Positions 60,145-64,000 of a DNA stretch of 64,000 nucleotides are shown here, in pieces. The translations under genes and the position numbers were made by a program. Within the stretch, counting starts at the first letter, position 1, and the number at the start of each line of letters is the position of its first letter. The notes below the pieces were generated by a model. It ran no database searches, had not been told where the DNA came from, and worked only from the letters and a program-made list of their open reading frames with translations. The DNA comes from Picochlorum sp. SENEW3 (lineage: Eukaryota). The stretch is from the NCBI GenBank assembly GCA_034226945.1, contig CP120454.1, forward strand, positions 558,001-622,000, in the 5' to 3' direction.

Positions 60145-61224
60145 ATGGATCCCGACAGTCAGGGTGCTCAAGGCAGTAGTACCCAGGAGCGTATTAATTA
60201 TTCAAGTGTTCGGACGAATTGGAGTGGGTATCCGCCAGGAAGTATCTATGAAGCTGTTATGGTGACAAAGAGGCAGGTCGTGAGTGGTGTGTTATCCATT
60301 CCTTTGAAGCGGTGTCTGAACATATTTGGTGCATTGCATGAGCAGGTTGCCTGCATGGATGGGGCCACGGGACTGTCTCTCGTCAGGATGGTGTCTCCCT
60401 TTTCTTTGGACAACGGGCAGCATGAATCACATACAGATGAGTACAAAGGAGGATTAAGAGGACAAGAACAAGCAATGGAGATGCAGCAGCAGCAGCCGAA
60501 GAAGAACAACAACAATAAGAGCAAGAATGATGGATGTGTGGTTCTGTGGAATGCAGACTGCACTAAAGGGTACCAGGCCCACATGAGACGGTATACCTCT
60601 CAACCGACTCAAGTGTTTCTTCAGAGTCTGCATGCATGTTTTGATGAGATGCACGTGCGTCCATGGTCAGTGCTGTGCTTTGTTCCTTTGGGTGTTCAGG
60701 GTCACTGCCAGCTCCTTGTGTGGCATGATGGGCACCCTCATCACCGTGCATTCAAGTCATCCATCGTTCATGGATGGACACATCAGCGCATCGAAGATGA
60801 TGATCATGGCCAGACTCACGATGCTCTCGATGTACCCAAGCCGCATGCACTGCCCATCAAGACATGCATCCAAGAGGATGGACACGGTGAGGTTGCATGT
60901 ACAGTGGACGGCCAATTCGTTCTTCAAGACATGTGTGACCAAGATGTGGTCATTGTCACTCCAGCAACAATGCCGAAACTCCTCATGAATGCCAAGAACA
61001 AGAAGAAGAGGAAGAAGAAGAACACAAAGAGCACCGAGCATCGCACAGAGAATGATGATGATGGAGCGACTGAAGAAAATATGCGTCCACTGTATTGCAA
61101 TTCTTCCAGCAAGGATCAATCATCCATAAAGAAGACGGTAACTCACTCTTTGTCCACTGAAAACACAACAGGTCGAAAGAGGAGCAGAAAGCCGTCCAAT
61201 CCAAGCCAGGGGCATCAGATGTAG
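60145..61224 (+). CDS. hypothetical protein with basic NLS-like runs
   Basis: 359-aa ATG ORF; no family recognised. Confidence 0.55.
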   Translation: MDPDSQGAQGSSTQERINYSSVRTNWSGYPPGSIYEAVMVTKRQVVSGVLSIPLKRCLNIFGALHEQVACMDGATGLSLVRMVSPFSLDNGQHESHTDEYKGGLRGQEQAMEMQQQQPKKNNNNKSKNDGCVVLWNADCTKGYQAHMRRYTSQPTQVFLQSLHACFDEMHVRPWSVLCFVPLGVQGHCQLLVWHDGHPHHRAFKSSIVHGWTHQRIEDDDHGQTHDALDVPKPHALPIKTCIQEDGHGEVACTVDGQFVLQDMCDQDVVIVTPATMPKLLMNAKNKKKRKKKNTKSTEHRTENDDDGATEENMRPLYCNSSSKDQSSIKKTVTHSLSTENTTGRKRSRKPSNPSQGHQM

Positions 61225-61486
61225 GTGATTCCCCCGTATTCCACATGGTGTCCTCAAAGGCAGCATGTATGAAAAACAAAAGCCATACAGTATTTGAATT
61301 TAAAAAAGTAAAAATCTTTCACCCGTGTATACATCGTGTGCTCACCATACGCCGTCTACACGTGGTAGGGTTACATCATCTGCCTGAGAACACGTTACTA
61401 CGACTGCGAACCCCTCACGGGCATTTCCTTTCTCAGCCACACAAACGTGTCGTCGCTTGAATACAATTCATTGAATCCAAATAATA

Positions 61487-62398
61487 ATGGCGAATATTAA
61501 CGAAGAAGACGGTATTGTTGGTTCTGTGGATGTGCAACAGCTCTTAAAAAGCGTTTCAACCATATCTCCAAAGTTGGCAGCTCGAATCAAAGAGGCAGAT
61601 CTCGACAACGATGGTCGACTATCCATGGAAGAGCTGGTCGAGGTGATGAGAAGTGAACAACAGGCTATTGGTGACAGGAAACTACTCCGCAACATCTTGA
61701 TTGCCCTGGCAATCGCTGTGCTTGTGCTGATTGCCACATTGTGTGGTACTGTGTATGCTATTGTCAAGTTGACGCAGGAAGTGAATGATCAGGATGGACT
61801 ACTGGTCTCATCCTCCTCAGGGGACGTGATGAGTACAGGAGTAGCCCAGGAAAGCCTCGATGCCACGCAACTATACCGGTACCAGGACCCAGCCATACTG
61901 AGGAATATTGAGGGCGTTCTCGTGCCAACACAGCAAGGGGTCACCATGTATCGCGTATCTAAAATCACAGCAGTGCCGAATATCAGCGCTACAATATATA
62001 CGAGTGACGGCAGTACGCTGGAGGTGGATGATTCTGGTGTGTATGTGGTCAATGAGAGAGATACCCTCGAGACAGACCAACCACCACAGGGCAGACGCTC
62101 CCTCTCTCAACTAGCCAATCCGGGAGGGTTTACTGTTCAATTCCTGGCAGATTCTGGATCTAGTCGCTCAACCACAATCACCTCATGCTATATACCAGTA
62201 AAAGACGAGAACAAGTGTACACCATCAATTGACAGAAGAGCATGCGTGTATGGACAGATTTATTACTATGACGGCGTCCTCAATGCCAAGTTCCTGACTC
62301 TGGAGGAATGCTGTCAATATAAGGGCGATGATGAATACTCGCAGTGCATGCAAGTTTCCATCCGCTGCAACCAATGGTATTCTCAATGTAGTGACTAG
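61487..62398 (+). CDS. EF-hand single-pass membrane protein with Cys-rich C-terminus
   Basis: EF loop DLDNDGRLSMEE followed by TM ILIALAIAVLVLIATLCGTVYAIV. Confidence 0.75.
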   Translation: MANINEEDGIVGSVDVQQLLKSVSTISPKLAARIKEADLDNDGRLSMEELVEVMRSEQQAIGDRKLLRNILIALAIAVLVLIATLCGTVYAIVKLTQEVNDQDGLLVSSSSGDVMSTGVAQESLDATQLYRYQDPAILRNIEGVLVPTQQGVTMYRVSKITAVPNISATIYTSDGSTLEVDDSGVYVVNERDTLETDQPPQGRRSLSQLANPGGFTVQFLADSGSSRSTTITSCYIPVKDENKCTPSIDRRACVYGQIYYYDGVLNAKFLTLEECCQYKGDDEYSQCMQVSIRCNQWYSQCSD

Positions 62399-62707
62399 CA
62401 TGCCACTCTGTACATTGTACTACTAGTATCAGGTGGGCCCATATATGGGCCCATATGCATATGCATGTGAACAAGATTGAAAAATAGAACAATTAGAAAA
62501 ATCTGCACAAGAGCATTAAAGCCTCTTGTCACTCTTTTTACCATTTTTAAAAGCAAATATTGTGAGTCAATATTGTGACATATACAAAGGATTTCATCCG
62601 TATCGATAGTTTGATATACATTGAAAGCATTTGTATTCCATGCCATGCACGCTTGCTTCTCTTGACAGATCGCCATCACAGCACGCAGGTATAGACCCTT
62701 TCATAAA

Positions 62708-63328
62708 ATGGATAGGAAATGGAGATTAAATAGACAAGCATTGAACTCGATTGAATCAATTGTCGATTTTGAAACTCGCTACATTGGGACATGGAACGAA
62801 TCCTGTGAGCTTGCTACTCGCACAGATGTATACGCAGTATACACAGTTTTACATATAGAAAATAAACAATGGGAATTACAATGGAGTGATGCGTGTCGAG
62901 GGTATTATTTTGTGACTCGAGAAGAGAGCCAGGAGGGGACCACCAACACTGTGGGAGGAAAGGCTGGTTGTGTCACGGTGCCCGAAGGGGATGAGGATGT
63001 CTCTGTTGTGGCGGATGAGGAGGATCATCATAAAGATACCAGAATGACTGTGTTGGAAAAGGTGAGTGAGGTTGGTGCGCGGCAGTTGGTGGTGCCAGTG
63101 AGTAGTTCCTTGTCCATGTTGACTCCTCGGTTGGTGCATCGAGTGTGTTCCTTGGGGCATGGGACAGCTCGACAGGTGATTCTGGGGCTTGTGGATTCGA
63201 ATGGTGTGGTGAGTCGGTGTTGCTTGTATGATTATATTCAGGCTCCGTTGGAGGCGAGTGGTGTCGAGGCTGAACTGGCTCCAGGTAGTACACAGCATGC
63301 TGCTGCTGTGCAGCAGCAGCAACCATGA
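62708..63328 (+). CDS. putative tRNA-splicing endonuclease subunit Sen15-like
   Basis: Pattern VYTVL..KQW, LVVP, VILGLVDSNGVV..L.D...P resembles Sen15. Confidence 0.5.
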   Translation: MDRKWRLNRQALNSIESIVDFETRYIGTWNESCELATRTDVYAVYTVLHIENKQWELQWSDACRGYYFVTREESQEGTTNTVGGKAGCVTVPEGDEDVSVVADEEDHHKDTRMTVLEKVSEVGARQLVVPVSSSLSMLTPRLVHRVCSLGHGTARQVILGLVDSNGVVSRCCLYDYIQAPLEASGVEAELAPGSTQHAAAVQQQQP

Positions 63329-63557
63329 GGACCATGTGTACATCATCATCATCATGTTGCTAGTATGACCTGTCGCTAGGTAATCAAGTGTGTACGTTGA
63401 TCGAGTACAATCAATCAAATACTTGGTTACGCAGATGTGCACTATTGATTGATAATACAGATGTAGTCTCATACAGAGAAATCTCTTCGAAGAGAATTGA
63501 CCAGAATATACATGCATACATACTTCATCCATTTCTTCTTCAAATCAAATTGTAAAT

Positions 63558-64000
63558 ATGAAAAAGTGGACTGATAAATTGATAAAGAATTTGGGTGTGG
63601 AGGATGTGAGGAAAAAGGCGTCGTTTCAGGGGCGAGGTCACAAGTTGGGTGGGGCTGAAGACGACGTGTCATCCTCTTCTGAGCAACAGGTATGGTGATA
63701 TTCTTTCTTTCTTTCGTTATTTATATATAAAATTGGTCATGAATTCATGTGTAGAGCCGAGGTCAGGGAAAAGGACCGACCGACAATTCGGGGCACGTTC
63801 AACCACCTCGACAGCAGGGCGGTGCCCCTACTGTTGCATCGAGTCGACACCAGGCTCGGCCTTCCAGGACAGAGGAGCTGATTGATACGAGTATCTCTTC
63901 GATAGGGAATGTGGAATGTGAGTCTGCGATGCGGCATATTGTGGGGGAGGTGAAGGATCATGGAGCAGTATGTTTGAGAACTGTGTATACAATATTGAGC
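63558..64000 (+). CDS. p97/Cdc48 cofactor (SHP box, probable PUB domain; PUX2-like), 3' truncated; intron 63690-63754
   Basis: Not in the ORF track. MKKW...FQGRGHKLGG (SHP box); the spliced frame is open to the window end (CLRTVYTILS). Confidence 0.65.

Noticed and set aside
63755..63870. GC-rich stretch that resembled an SRP-like RNA
   Set aside because: Explained as exon 2 of the SHP/PUB protein gene.

Overview
Eukaryotic, very gene-dense nuclear DNA with short GT-AG introns and TGTAA poly(A)-type signals. Plastid genes (ISA3, LCYB, PETs, PHT4) point to a compact green-algal genome; a Picochlorum-like trebouxiophyte is my inference. There are about 39 protein-coding genes, mostly housekeeping. 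I recognised no rRNA, tRNA, transposon or CRISPR array. The best candidate for an undescribed system is a spliced gene at 13750-16359 (-). It encodes an ABCD4/cblJ-like ABC half-transporter with an MMADHC/CblD-like cobalamin-trafficking domain inserted between the membrane domain and the ATPase domain. Other notable items: a COA4-like/LYR ORF pair only 9 nt apart (bicistronic or read-through candidate); a hairpin covering poly(A) signals in the intron between the PSRP-7 and EF-Ts parts of PETs; an eIF5B carrying a PheT-type tRNA-binding domain; an LCI1/Sho1-like 4-TM protein; and a GH16 lacking its catalytic residues. All family assignments come from recognising motifs by eye; no searches were run.
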